Source: Alphaproteobacteria bacterium (GTDB taxonomy: Bacteria; Pseudomonadota; Alphaproteobacteria; MPNO01). From it: a DNA stretch of 64,000 nt. Numbering within the stretch: position 1 is the first letter of the stretch; each line of letters starts with the position of its first letter. The notes below the pieces were generated by a model that saw only the letters and a program-made list of their open reading frames with translations, ran no database searches and was not told the DNA's origin. Shown piece by piece: positions 10,337-22,692 of this stretch. The stretch is taken from positions 320,001 to 384,000 of the forward strand of contig OZ219865.1 in NCBI GenBank assembly GCA_964291675.2. The letters are read 5' to 3'. The position numbers and the translations under genes were made by a program.

Positions 10337-13045
10337 TTGACCGACACGCTGGCCCCGCCGCCGCCGCCCGAATTCGACATCGTGCCGGTGAGCCTCGAGG
10401 AGGAGATGGAACGCTCCTACCTCGACTACGCGATGAGCGTGATCGTCTCGCGCGCGCTGCCCGATGCGCGCGACGGGCTCAAGCCGGTGCACCGGCGCAT
10501 CCTCTACGCCATGCACGAGGAGGGCTATGCGTGGAACCGGCCCTACCGCAAGTCGGCGCGCATCGTCGGCGACGTGATGGGCAAGTACCACCCGCATGGC
10601 GACCAGGCGATCTACGACGCCATGGTGCGCATGGCGCAGGACTTCTCGATGCGCCTGCCGCTGATCGACGGGCAGGGCAATTTCGGCTCGATGGACGGCG
10701 ACCCGCCGGCGGCGATGCGCTACACCGAGGTGCGGCTGACCCGCGCGGCGCACGAGATGCTCGACGACATCGAGCGCGACACCGTGGCCTTCCGCGCCAA
10801 CTACGACGACAGCGCGCACGAGCCGGAAGTCCTGCCGGCGCGCATCCCCAATTTGCTGGTCAACGGCGCCGGCGGCATCGCCGTCGGCATGGCGACCAAC
10901 GTGCCGCCGCACAATCTGGGCGAAATCGTCGATGCCTGCCTCGCCATGCTCGACGAGCCCGGCATCTCCATCGACCGGCTGATCGAGATCGTGCCCGGGC
11001 CCGACTTCCCGACCGGCGGGTTCGTGCTCGGCCGCCATGGCATCAGGGAGGCCTATCGTTCCGGGCGCGGCTCGGTCGTCATGCGCGGGCGCACCCATGT
11101 CGAGGAGATCCGCAAGAACCGCGAGGCGATCGTCGTCACCGAGATCCCCTACCAGGTGAACAAGGCGCGGATGATCGAGAAGATCGCCGAGCTGGTGCGC
11201 GAGAAGCGGATCGAGGGCATATCGGACCTGCGCGACGAGTCCGACCGCACCGGGGTCCGCGTGGTGATCGAGCTGCGCCGCGACGCGATGGCCGACATCG
11301 TGCTCAACCAGCTGTTTCGCTACTCGCCGCTGCAGACCAGCTTCGGCGTCAACACGCTGGCGCTCGACCGCGGCAGGCCCGAGACGATGGATTTGCGGGC
11401 GCTGCTGCGCGCCTTCCTCGACTTTCGCGAGGAGGTGGTGCGCCGGCGCACCGCCTACGAGCTCGGCAAGGCGCGCGAACGCGCCCACGTGCTCGCCGGG
11501 CTCGCCGTCGCGGTGGCCAATATCGACGACATGATCGCGCTGATCCGCGCCGCCCCCGACCCGGTCGCCGCGCGCAGCCGGCTGATGGAGCGGCAATGGC
11601 CGGCGGACGACGTGGCGCCGATCATCGCGCTGCTCGACGAGCCGGGGCGCGCGGTGGTCGAGGGGCGCTACGCCCTGTCGGAAGCCCAGGCGCGGGCCAT
11701 CCTCGAGCTCCGCCTGCAACGCCTGACCGCGCTGGAGCGCGACAAGATCGGCGAGGAGCTGGAGGCGCTGTCCGAAAAGATCGTCGAGTATCTGGCGATT
11801 CTCGATTCGCGCGAGCGGGTGATCGAGGTGCTGCGCGGCGAACTGCGGGCGGTCAAGGAGGCGTTCGCGACGCCGCGGCGCACCGAGATCCTCGATTCGG
11901 AGGCCGACCAGGACATCGAGGATCTGATCCAGCGCGAGGCGATGGTCGTCACCGTGACCCATGCCGGCTACATCAAGCGGGTCGCGCTCTCCACCTACCG
12001 GGCGCAGAAGCGGGGCGGCAAGGGGCGCGCCGGCATGACGACCAAGGACGGGGATTTCTTGCAAAAACTGTTCGTCTGCGACACCCATACGCCGGTGCTG
12101 TTCTTCTCCTCGCGCGGCATGGCCTACCGGCTAAAGGTCTACCGCCTGCCGGAGACGCCGCCGCGGTCGCGCGGCAAGGCGCTGGTCAACCTGCTGCCGC
12201 TGGAGAAGGACGAGACCATCACCACGGTCATGCCGATGCCGGAAGACGAGGCCGAGTGGCAAGACCTCGACATCATGTTCGCCACCGCGAGCGGCCGGGT
12301 CCGGCGCAACCGGCTGAGCGACTTCGCCAGCGTCAAGGCGAACGGCAAGATCGCGATGAAGCTGGACAACGGCGACCGGCTGGTCGGCGTCGAGACCTGC
12401 GCGGCGGGCGACAACGTGCTGCTGGCCGCGCGGAGCGGCAAGTGCATCCGCTTCCCGGTCGACGACGTGCGGGTGTTCTCGGGCCGCACCTCGACCGGGG
12501 TGCGCGGCATGAGGCTCGCGAAGACGGACCGCATCGTCTCGATGACGATCTTGCGCCACCGCGCCATCGACACCGCCTCGCGCGACGCCTATCTGCGCTA
12601 CGCCAACGCCAGGCGGCGCACCGACGGCAACGGGGAGGGTGCGGAGAACGGGCTCGCGCCGGAGACCATCGCCCGCATGGCGGCGGAGGAGGAGTTCATC
12701 CTCTCGATCACCGAGAACGGCTACGGCAAGCGGACCTCCGCCTACGAGTACCGCACCGCCGGCCGCGGCGGGCAGGGGATCGTCAATATCGAGACCTCGA
12801 AGCGCAACGGCCCGGTGGTGGCGACCTTCCCGGTCGCGGAGTCCGACGAGATCATGCTGGTGAGCGACGGCGGCACGCTGATCCGCTCGCCGGTCGCCGA
12901 TATCCGCATCGCCGGGCGCAACACCCAGGGGGTGACGCTGTTCGACACCGCCGAGGGCGAGCGCGTGGTCTCGGCCGCACGCTTCGCCGCCGGGTTCGAC
13001 GAGATCGGCAACGGCAACGGCAACGGAAACGGGGGGCCGGCATGA
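10337..13045 (+). CDS. gyrA: DNA gyrase subunit A
   Basis: [22 protein letters not shown] catalytic Tyr, GyrA box QKRGGKG; ssb-gyrA-coaD synteny. Confidence 0.97.
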   Translation: MTDTLAPPPPPEFDIVPVSLEEEMERSYLDYAMSVIVSRALPDARDGLKPVHRRILYAMHEEGYAWNRPYRKSARIVGDVMGKYHPHGDQAIYDAMVRMAQDFSMRLPLIDGQGNFGSMDGDPPAAMRYTEVRLTRAAHEMLDDIERDTVAFRANYDDSAHEPEVLPARIPNLLVNGAGGIAVGMATNVPPHNLGEIVDACLAMLDEPGISIDRLIEIVPGPDFPTGGFVLGRHGIREAYRSGRGSVVMRGRTHVEEIRKNREAIVVTEIPYQVNKARMIEKIAELVREKRIEGISDLRDESDRTGVRVVIELRRDAMADIVLNQLFRYSPLQTSFGVNTLALDRGRPETMDLRALLRAFLDFREEVVRRRTAYELGKARERAHVLAGLAVAVANIDDMIALIRAAPDPVAARSRLMERQWPADDVAPIIALLDEPGRAVVEGRYALSEAQARAILELRLQRLTALERDKIGEELEALSEKIVEYLAILDSRERVIEVLRGELRAVKEAFATPRRTEILDSEADQDIEDLIQREAMVVTVTHAGYIKRVALSTYRAQKRGGKGRAGMTTKDGDFLQKLFVCDTHTPVLFFSSRGMAYRLKVYRLPETPPRSRGKALVNLLPLEKDETITTVMPMPEDEAEWQDLDIMFATASGRVRRNRLSDFASVKANGKIAMKLDNGDRLVGVETCAAGDNVLLAARSGKCIRFPVDDVRVFSGRTSTGVRGMRLAKTDRIVSMTILRHRAIDTASRDAYLRYANARRRTDGNGEGAENGLAPETIARMAAEEEFILSITENGYGKRTSAYEYRTAGRGGQGIVNIETSKRNGPVVATFPVAESDEIMLVSDGGTLIRSPVADIRIAGRNTQGVTLFDTAEGERVVSAARFAAGFDEIGNGNGNGNGGPA

Positions 13046-13089
13046 CGCTTGAGAGAGGCCCGGCCTGACCGCCGGCGAAGGGGAGGGGC

Positions 13090-13596
13090 ATGGCGAGCGA
13101 ACGCATCGGGGTCTATCCCGGGACTTTCGACCCGATCACCAACGGGCATCTCGACATCATCCGGCGCGCCGCGACGGTGATGGACCGGCTCGTCGTCGGC
13201 GTCGCGGTCAACGCCGGCAAGGGGCCGCTGTTCTCGGTCGGGGAGCGCGTCGACATGGTGCGCGCCGAGGTCGCCGCGCTCAACCGCGGCAACGGCGAGC
13301 GGGTGCAGGTGGCCGCCTTCGACAATTTGCTGATGGACTTCGCCGTCGAGCACGGCGCCTGCATGATCGTCCGCGGGCTGCGCGCGGTGTCGGATTTCGA
13401 CTACGAGTTCCAGATGGCGAGCATGAACGCCAAGCTCAACGGCGACGTCGAGACGGTCTGCCTGATGGCCTCCGACAAGCACCAGTTCATCGCCTCGCGG
13501 CTGGTCAAGGAGATCGCCATGCTGGGCGGCGACATCTCCGCCTTCGTCTCCCCCCGCGTCGCCGACCTCCTGACCGCCCGCCGCGACGGTCGCTAG
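13090..13596 (+). CDS. coaD: Phosphopantetheine adenylyltransferase
   Basis: YPGTFDPITNGHLDI, RGLRAVSDFDYE, VKEIA. Confidence 0.97.
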   Translation: MASERIGVYPGTFDPITNGHLDIIRRAATVMDRLVVGVAVNAGKGPLFSVGERVDMVRAEVAALNRGNGERVQVAAFDNLLMDFAVEHGACMIVRGLRAVSDFDYEFQMASMNAKLNGDVETVCLMASDKHQFIASRLVKEIAMLGGDISAFVSPRVADLLTARRDGR

Positions 13597-13634
13597 GGTC
13601 CCCCCCGCGTCGGCCTTCGCCCCCCTTTCCCCCC

Positions 13635-14221
13635 CGTCATGCGCGGACTTGATCCGCGCACCCATGCCCGGACTTGATCCGGGCAACCACTGCCGCCACC
13701 GCCCCTCCCCACGGGGCGTTGTGCCGGTAGCGCCAGTGGGTGCCCGGATCAAGTCCGGGCATGACGGGGGGGTGGAGCAGCGGGGGGAAGGACCGGGGCC
13801 GGGCATCGCGTTTGCGGCGGCGCGGCCGGAAGGTCCGACGGCCCCCACGCCCCACGCCTCGCCCCCTCATCATTCCCCCCCCTCGTCATGCCCGGACTTG
13901 ATCCGGGCAACCACTGCCGCCGCCGCGCACGGCGAACGGGCGGGAGAGGCGGTGGTGCCAGTGCGTGCCCCCCGGCCCCCGGCCCCCGGCCCCCCGTCAT
14001 GCGCGGACTTGATCCGCGCACCCATGCCCGGACTTGATCCGGGCAACCACTGCCGCCACCGCCCCTCCCCACAGGGCGTTGTGCCGGCGGCGCCAGTTGG
14101 TGCGCGGATCAAGTCCGCGCATGACGGGGGGGAATGGCGGGCGGACCGCGCCCGGCTCTCCCTGCTCCTCCACCGCCACCACGCCGTCATGGCCGGCCCC
14201 GGATCAAGTCCGCGCATGACG
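13635..14221. repeat. REP-like palindrome cluster with a ~135-bp unit repeated directly (about 13635-13770 and 13995-14130)
   Basis: Repeated CGTCATGCGCGGACTTGATCCGCGCACCCATGCCCGGACTTGATCCGGGCAACCAC...GGATCAAGTCCG.GCATGACG. Confidence 0.9.
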
Positions 14222-14313
14222 AGAGCGGAACGAGGCGGGGGGGCAGGGAGGTTTCTCCGCTACGGCGCGCGCCGCGCGGCTCCGGTCGAGACGACGAAGG
14301 GGCTGGCGGGGCG

Positions 14314-15630
14314 ATGCCCGTGGGTATATCGATAGCACCGGCGCCGGCCGGCAACGCCACTGGTCCGCCGCAGAGAACGCTGGAGCACGCCTTGCCGTCC
14401 GAGCGCGACCGCGAAGCCCGGGTCGTCGACCCGCGCTATGCCGCCTTCCGCCTCGCCGTCACCCTGGTGCTGGCGACGATCGGCAGCATCGGGCTGTGGT
14501 CCTATGTGATCGTGATGCCGGCGGTGCAGGCCGAGTTCGGCGTCGACCGGGCGACCGCCTCGATCCCCTACACCACCTCGATGGTGTTCTTCGCGCTCGG
14601 CAACATCGTGGTCGGGCGGCTGATCGACCGGATCGGCATGATGCTGCCGGCGCTCGCCGCCGGCGTCGCGCTCGGGGCCGGCTTCGCCGCCGCGTCGGCG
14701 GTGGAGGCGATGTGGCAGCTCTCCATCGTCCACGGCGTGCTGATCGGCATCGGCACCGGCTCGATGTTCGGGCCGCTGATGGCCAATATCTCGCACTGGT
14801 TCGTGCGCCGCCGCGGCATCGCCGTCGCCACCGTGGCCTGCGGCAACTACTTCGCCGGCATGCTGCTGCCGCTGGTCCTCCAGGATGCGGTGACGGTCGA
14901 GGGCTGGCGGCCGATCTACCTCGCGATCGGCCTGTTCAGCGCGGCCACCATCCTGCCGCTCGCCTTCCTGCTGCGCCGCGAGGGGCCCAAGCGCGACCAT
15001 GTCGACCGGGTAACCGGCATCGCCGGCACCGAGCAGCTGCGCATGGCCGCCTTCACGCCGCGCACCATGCAGACCCTGCTCGCCGTCGCCGGCTTCGGCT
15101 GCTGCGTCGCCATGTCGATGCCGCAGGTCCACATCGTCGCCTACTGCGTCGATCTCGGCTACGGCATCGCGCGCGGGGCGGAGATGCTGTCCCTGATGCT
15201 GGCCGCCGGCGTGGTCAGCCGGCTCGCCTCCGGCGTGCTCGCCGACTATATCGGCGGGGTGCGGACGCTGCTGCTCGGATCGGTGCTGCAATGCGTCGCG
15301 CTCGCGCTCTACCTGCCGTTCGACGGGCTGGTCGCGCTCTACGTCATCTCCTTCGTGTTCGGCCTGTTCCAGGGCGGTATCGTGCCGTCCTACGCGATCA
15401 TCATCCGCGAGTACCTGCCGGCGCGCGAGGCGGGGCAGCGCATCGGGCTGGTGATCTTCGCCACCATCGGCGGCATGGCCTTCGGCGGCTGGGTGTGCGG
15501 CTGGATCTACGACCTGACGGCGTCCTACCGGGTGGCGCTGCTCAACGGCATGGCGTGGAACTTCGTCAACATGGCGGTCATGACGCTGATCCTCTGGCGC
15601 ACCATGCGCCCGCGGGAGGCGGCGGCGTGA
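14314..15630 (+). CDS. MFS transporter (start uncertain)
   Basis: About 12 hydrophobic segments, 'GRLIDRIG', 'WFVRRRGIA', 'GVLADYIG' MFS motif A repeats. Confidence 0.88.
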   Translation: MPVGISIAPAPAGNATGPPQRTLEHALPSERDREARVVDPRYAAFRLAVTLVLATIGSIGLWSYVIVMPAVQAEFGVDRATASIPYTTSMVFFALGNIVVGRLIDRIGMMLPALAAGVALGAGFAAASAVEAMWQLSIVHGVLIGIGTGSMFGPLMANISHWFVRRRGIAVATVACGNYFAGMLLPLVLQDAVTVEGWRPIYLAIGLFSAATILPLAFLLRREGPKRDHVDRVTGIAGTEQLRMAAFTPRTMQTLLAVAGFGCCVAMSMPQVHIVAYCVDLGYGIARGAEMLSLMLAAGVVSRLASGVLADYIGGVRTLLLGSVLQCVALALYLPFDGLVALYVISFVFGLFQGGIVPSYAIIIREYLPAREAGQRIGLVIFATIGGMAFGGWVCGWIYDLTASYRVALLNGMAWNFVNMAVMTLILWRTMRPREAAA

Positions 15631-15690
15631 GCCCTGCGATAGGGGCTTATACCGAATACTTGACCGGCGGGACGCCAACGACACTTCTTC

Positions 15691-15826
15691 CGTCATGCCC
15701 GGACTTGATCCGGGCACCCATGGCCGGACTCGATCCGGCCACCCACCGGCGCCGCCACCCCTCCTCACGGCCCGCCGTGCGCGCCGATGGGCCGCATGGG
15801 TGCCCGGATCAAGTCCGGGCATGACG
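15691..15826. repeat. REP doublet (BIME-like) between convergent genes
   Basis: CGTCATGCCCGGACTTGATCCGGGCACCCATG ... CATGGGTGCCCGGATCAAGTCCGGGCATGACG long inverted repeat. Confidence 0.9.
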
Positions 15827-15998
15827 AGGTGGGGAGGCATGGCGAGCGTTCCGACGTTCGGCCGCGACGCCCCGTCGCCGCGCGGCCGGGTCCGACCCCC
15901 GCTGTCAGGTCTCGCGGCGATCGGAGACCATGACGGGCGCCCCTTGCGTCGGGTAGCGGGTCCGTCGCCGGCATCGTGTTCGACCGGGAGGCGGAGGG

Positions 15999-16508
15999 CT
16001 AGAGCGTGAGTTGCTCGAAGGTCCGAAGCGGGAGGTACAGGCGCAGCGGTTGCGACTGGAAGGGCACGAAGCCGTACCGCTCGTAGAACGCGCTGGCGCG
16101 CTCGTGCAGCGCATCGACCGCGACGGCGTAGACGCCGATGGCGTCGCCCGCGCGGACCACCCGACGGATCGCGTCGAGCAGCAGAACCTCGCCGAGCCCG
16201 CCCCCCTGGCTGCGAAGATCGACGGCCAGCCGCCCGATCACGGCCGCCGGCACGGGATAGTGCGGCAGGCGCCTTGCGAGCTCTGTCGGCAGGTTGTCCT
16301 TCTCGAAGCTCGCCGCGCTCAGCGTGTAGTAGCCGGCGACCCGTTCGGGCGGGTCGCCCGACGCGACGAAGACCCGTGCAACGCGCCGCCTTGCGTCCTG
16401 GGACGCCTGCCGGCGGATGTAGCGGTCGAGGGACGGTTCCCCGCAGGAGAAGGACGCGCGGTCGCGATGCGCTCCGAGCGGCTCGATCGTCGGCGGCGGT
16501 TCATCCAC
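15999..16508 (-). CDS. GNAT-family acetyltransferase toxin (AtaT/TacT-like)
   Basis: 'FSCGEPSLDRY', 'GYYTLSA', 'IGRLAVD..QGGGLG', 'FYERYGF'; overlaps DUF1778 gene. Confidence 0.9.
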   Translation of the reverse strand: MDEPPPTIEPLGAHRDRASFSCGEPSLDRYIRRQASQDARRRVARVFVASGDPPERVAGYYTLSAASFEKDNLPTELARRLPHYPVPAAVIGRLAVDLRSQGGGLGEVLLLDAIRRVVRAGDAIGVYAVAVDALHERASAFYERYGFVPFQSQPLRLYLPLRTFEQLTL

Positions 16509-16785
16509 CGATGCGCTCGCGGTAACGGCGCGCGGCCCGCTTCAGCGCCGCGTTCGGCGCGGGCGGGTCGAGCAGCGCGTCATGGAAGGCGTCCCAATCC
16601 GTCGCCGGGAGCACGACCCGCTCGCGCGCCTCGATCACCCGCTCGGCCGCGGCGACGGCGCTGTGCAGCACGAAACGGCTGACCGTGGTTTCCTCGTAGG
16701 CCGCCGCGCGTTCGAGCTTGCGCTTGCTCCGGGCGTCGAGACGCAGATGGACGCGCGCGTGCTTCGTCTCGGCTGTTTCGGCCAT
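16501..16785 (-). CDS. DUF1778 ribbon-helix-helix antitoxin
   Basis: 'KLERAA', 'VSRFVL..A', 'DWDAFHDALLDPPAPNAALKRA'. Confidence 0.9.
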   Translation of the reverse strand: MAETAETKHARVHLRLDARSKRKLERAAAYEETTVSRFVLHSAVAAAERVIEARERVVLPATDWDAFHDALLDPPAPNAALKRAARRYRERIGG

Positions 16786-17061
16786 TGCGATGTCTCCCGC
16801 GTGAGAGGGCGATGAATATATGCACCAAAACGGCGTACATCGCAAGCGTGCCGGCGGACGGAGCCGGCGCGGGAAAGCAGACCCGGGACCATGACCCTGC
16901 GGGCTGCGCTCCATGCCCGCTACCCGTGCGACCGGCAGGGGGCGGCTTCCATCGGGGACCGGCTCCCGGTGTGCCGGGAAATCGGCTAATTTAATACCTT
17001 AGACTATCACCATATAACGTTGTTAATAAATAATTATATGATTTCCGTCCCCCGGGGGCAA

Positions 17062-17077
17062 TGTTTCACGTGAAACA
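17062..17077. promoter_or_regulatory. parS centromere site 1
   Basis: Perfect TGTTTCACGTGAAACA. Confidence 0.92.
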
Positions 17078-17087
17078 TTAGGCCGGC

Positions 17088-17549
17088 TCACACCGTCCAG
17101 TAGCGGCCGGACGCGCCGATGGCGGCGTTGATCAGCCCGAGCGCGAGGTTGACGGTCACGGTCTGGCGGATGCGTTCCAGCGCCGCCGCCGCAACCGGCG
17201 GGTCGCCGGCGGCGAGCCCGGCCCTGAAGCGGCGATAGGGGCCGAACCAGAGATAGAGGAAGATGGCGATCATGATCCAGCCGAGCCCCTGCATCAGGTG
17301 GGCGTGCAGCGGCATGCCGGCGAGCCCGCCCCACTGGCCCCACACCATGACATAGCCGGTGAGCGGGAGCAGCACGGCGGCGGCCCAGACCCAGGCGAAG
17401 AAGCGCCCGAACACGCGCTGCCAGAGCGCCAGGCGAACCGGGCCGTCGAGCGGGAAGGCGGCGGGCCGGAGCGCGTAGAGCGCGAACCCCATCCCGCCGA
17501 CCCAGACGATGGCGGCGAGCGCGTGCAGCGCGACAGACAGAGCGAGCAA
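17088..17549 (-). CDS. Small integral membrane protein (CopD/DUF2269-like)
   Basis: 'LHALAAIVWVGGM.FA', four TM segments; TTG start after GGGGAGG. Confidence 0.75.
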   Translation of the reverse strand: MLALSVALHALAAIVWVGGMGFALYALRPAAFPLDGPVRLALWQRVFGRFFAWVWAAAVLLPLTGYVMVWGQWGGLAGMPLHAHLMQGLGWIMIAIFLYLWFGPYRRFRAGLAAGDPPVAAAALERIRQTVTVNLALGLINAAIGASGRYWTV

Positions 17550-17637
17550 TTGGTCCTCCCCGGCGGCGCCCGGCTTGATCGGCCGGGGGGGCTCGACTAC
17601 CGTGCCCCGCCTTCCCGACAGCGAGCGCCGCGCGCCC

Positions 17638-19667
<2,030 letters not shown>

Positions 19668-19674
19668 GGCCTAA

Positions 19675-19690
19675 TGTTTCACGTGAAACA
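19675..19690. promoter_or_regulatory. parS centromere site 2
   Basis: Perfect TGTTTCACGTGAAACA. Confidence 0.92.
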
Positions 19691-19711
19691 ATGGTCAACC
19701 ATGCTGACCTA

Positions 19712-19727
19712 TGTTTCACGTGAAACA
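19712..19727. promoter_or_regulatory. parS centromere site 3
   Basis: Perfect TGTTTCACGTGAAACA, 21 bp after site 2. Confidence 0.92.
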
Positions 19728-19817
19728 TTAGCCTGAAACGGTCAATTGCCTGTCCCCAGGGGACGCGCCGTGCGCGCCTCAAGGGCTTGGCCGGCGATGC
19801 TGAGAGACCGCTCGAGG

Positions 19818-21206
19818 TCAGCCGCGCGCGGCGATCCCGCGCACCGCATGCACCAGCCAGTGCGCCGTGGCGACGATGCGGGCGTCGGCGCGGAAGAAGC
19901 CCATCAGCTGCACCCCGAGCGGCAGGCCGGCGACCGCGAGCAGCGGCAGGTTCAGCGCCGGGCAGCCGAGCACCGAGGACGGCTCGCCATAGACCATGTC
20001 GCCGACCGCCATGCCGACCGGCGCCGGGTCGACCTGGTTGAGGGTGACGAACCCGTCCGCCCTTGCGGCGAACGCCGCGTGCCGCGCGCGGAACGCGATG
20101 CACCATTCGAGCGCCTCCGCGTAGTCCTCCGGCGCGAGCTCGCGCCCGGCCACGACGCGGTCCCGCACCCGCTGGCTCAGCCTGTCCCATTCGCGCTCGG
20201 CGTACATCGCGAGCGGCCAGCGCCCCTCATATGTCAGGATCAGCGCGATCACCTCGCGCAGCGTCACTAGGTCGCGCTCATAGGCCTCGATCTCGGGGTC
20301 GTCGGCGCGCCCGGCGATCTCGATCCCGGAATCGGCGAGGGTGCCGAGCCAGGCCTCGAAGGCGGCCTTGGTCTCTTCGGTGGTGGCGGCCCAGCCGGCG
20401 GTCTCCAGCCGGATCAGCCGCCGGGGCTTCTCGGGCCGGGGCAGCGTCGCCGGCCCGGCGAGGCTCGGATGTCCCGGGTCGCCGCCGGCGATGCGCGAGA
20501 CGGCGTGCGAGGCGGTCCACAAATCGGCCAGCGTGCCGGTTATGAAGCCGACATGGACCAGGCTCGGCGCCGAGGGAAACCCGCCGAGCGAGTTGATCGC
20601 GCCGTAGGACGCCTTGAGCGTGTAGGCGCCGCAATAGGCGGCGGGCCGGAGGATCGACCCGCGCACCTGCGAGCCGGTGGCGGCCGGCAGCATGCGGGCG
20701 CCGATTGCAGCCCCGCTGCCGCTCGACGAGCCGCCGGGGGTGCGGCTCTCGTCCCACGGGTTGCGCGACGGGCCGGGCGTGGCGAAGGCGAACTCGGTGG
20801 TGACCGTCTTGCCGACGATCGCCGCGCCCGCCTTGCGCAGCGCGAACACGCAGGCGCCGTCCCAGCCCGACGACCAGTTCTCGAAGATCGGGCTGCCCAC
20901 CTGCATCGGCATGTCCGCGGTCTCGTGCACGTCCTTGATGCCGACCGGCATGCCGTCGAGCGCCGACAGCGCCCGCCCGGCCCGGTAGCGTTCCGTGGAG
21001 GCGTCCGCCGCCGCGCGCGCGGCGTCGAGATTGAGGGTGACGAAGGCGCGGATGCGGGGCTCCAGCGCCTCGACGGTCTCGATGCAGCGCTCCAGATAGG
21101 CGCGCGGCGTATCGCTGCCGTCGAGGAAGCCGGGGACGGCATCGCCGAACGAGAGCAGCGTCGTCGTCTTCGGATCGTAGGATTCGCTCGTTGCTGGGTC
21201 GTTCAT
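19818..21206 (-). CDS. Amidase signature family protein
   Basis: 'GMPVGIKD', 'GKTVTTEFA', 'TPGGSSSGS', 'GSILRPAAYCG'. Confidence 0.92.
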   Translation of the reverse strand: MNDPATSESYDPKTTTLLSFGDAVPGFLDGSDTPRAYLERCIETVEALEPRIRAFVTLNLDAARAAADASTERYRAGRALSALDGMPVGIKDVHETADMPMQVGSPIFENWSSGWDGACVFALRKAGAAIVGKTVTTEFAFATPGPSRNPWDESRTPGGSSSGSGAAIGARMLPAATGSQVRGSILRPAAYCGAYTLKASYGAINSLGGFPSAPSLVHVGFITGTLADLWTASHAVSRIAGGDPGHPSLAGPATLPRPEKPRRLIRLETAGWAATTEETKAAFEAWLGTLADSGIEIAGRADDPEIEAYERDLVTLREVIALILTYEGRWPLAMYAEREWDRLSQRVRDRVVAGRELAPEDYAEALEWCIAFRARHAAFAARADGFVTLNQVDPAPVGMAVGDMVYGEPSSVLGCPALNLPLLAVAGLPLGVQLMGFFRADARIVATAHWLVHAVRGIAARG

Positions 21207-21355
21207 CGACGCCTCCCGGTCATGCATCGGTGCGGTTTCCGAGCCGTCGCGGCCCGCCCCGGCATCCTATACGCTCGGCCGGACACATGGGCGGTTCATG
21301 CAGGCCCGCGACCGGGGTGGGCGAACCTGCGCGCCGAAGGGCGACCGCGCCGGCC

Positions 21356-21851
21356 ACCCATGCGGCCTCGCCGCATGCACGGCGACCCGGCGGGAGGGGC
21401 GGTGGCGCCAGTGGGTGCCCGGATCAAGTCCGGGCATGACGGGAGGAGGCATGGCGACGGGGCGGGCCGCACCCGGCTCTCCACGCTCTCTCACCGCCAC
21501 CCCCACCACGTCATGGCTGGCCCCCGGATCACAGTCCGGGGGTGATCCGGCCATCCATGCGGCCTCGCCGCATGCATGGCGGCCGGCAGGGAGGGGCGGT
21601 GGCGCCAGTGGGTGCCGGCCGGCCCCGGCCCCCCCACGTCATGCCCGGCCCCCGGATCAAGTCCGGGGGTGATCCGGGCACCCATGCGGCCTCGCGGCGC
21701 GCACGGCGACCCGGCGGGAGGGGCGGTGGCGCCAGTGGGTGCCCGGATCAAGTCCGGGCATGACGGGAGGGGAGGCATGGCGACCGGGCGGGCCGCGCCC
21801 AGCTTTTCCCATACCGCCAATGGATGCCCGGATCACCCCCGGACTTGATCC
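21356..21851. repeat. REP-like palindrome cluster, left of the IS
   Basis: Several GGATCAAGTCCGGGCATGACG units; a ~90-bp unit repeated at about 21355 and 21680; last REP is cut by the IS. Confidence 0.88.
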
Positions 21852-22028
21852 CATAAGCGCTAACTTGTCTACATGAAGTATGTGTCTCGCTGCGGTCTGC
21901 GTCGGCGCGGCGGTTCGGCGAGGTCTCTTGAGATGTCGTTCCACTGCGCGATCGTGCGGGCGAGGCCACAGGGCGGCTCGATGGCCCTTTGCACCTCGTT
22001 GAGGACGAAGCGGAACTCGCGCCACGGG

Positions 22029-22542
22029 CTATGCGGCCTGCGGCGCCGCCAGCCGGTATCCCCAGGGGGAAACGGCGCGGGCGTGGTCGACCAGCTTGTC
22101 GACCAGAAGCGCGACGAAGAGCTTTCCGTACAGCCAGGCGCGGGCGCTGTCGTCGTCGCGCTTGGGCAGATGGCCGAGCCGGGCGAGCGACTTGAGGCGC
22201 TTGAAGACCAGCTCGACCTGCCAGCGCAGGCGGTACCATTCGAGAACCTCGCTTGCGCTGAAGCGCTGTTCGCAGAACGTGGTAAAGACGATGACGTAAT
22301 CGGCGAAGGCAAGGGTTGCGGGCTTGACCTCGCCGCCCTGGCGCCTGGCCTCGCGGCGCGCCCTCTTGCGCGCCCGCCGGGCGGCCTGGGCCGACTTGCG
22401 CACCGCGCAGACGCGCCCGTGCACCCCGCCCGCCGCCGCCGGCCAGCACCCCACGGCCCCGGCGCGGTCCAGCCCGGACAGCGCCGCAAGCAGATCGAAG
22501 CGCGCCCCGTCCGGGGTCCAGAGCGGCAACGCCCCGGTGTTC
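22029..22542 (-). pseudogene. IS4-family transposase, 3' fragment
   Basis: YREK motif 'YRLRWQVELVFKRLKS'; in frame with 5' fragment once the nested element is removed. Confidence 0.9.
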
Positions 22543-22692
22543 ACCCGTGAGCAGGCGCAGGCTTTCAGCGGGGATTGGGGGCTGATCCGCTTGGATTAAT
22601 CGAGGTTTTGGGGAAGGTGCCCCCCGGCGATCTTGCAAGAAGGCCGCCGGAGGGCTTGTCTCGGTGACAGCTACATCAACTGAGACGCCCCA

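Noticed and set aside
13006-13036. GGCAAC microrepeat at gyrA 3' end
   Set aside because: In-frame Gly-Asn low-complexity tail; no phase-variation potential
10108-17045. AT-rich tracts as oriC or dif
   Set aside because: No DnaA-box cluster or XerC/XerD consensus recognised
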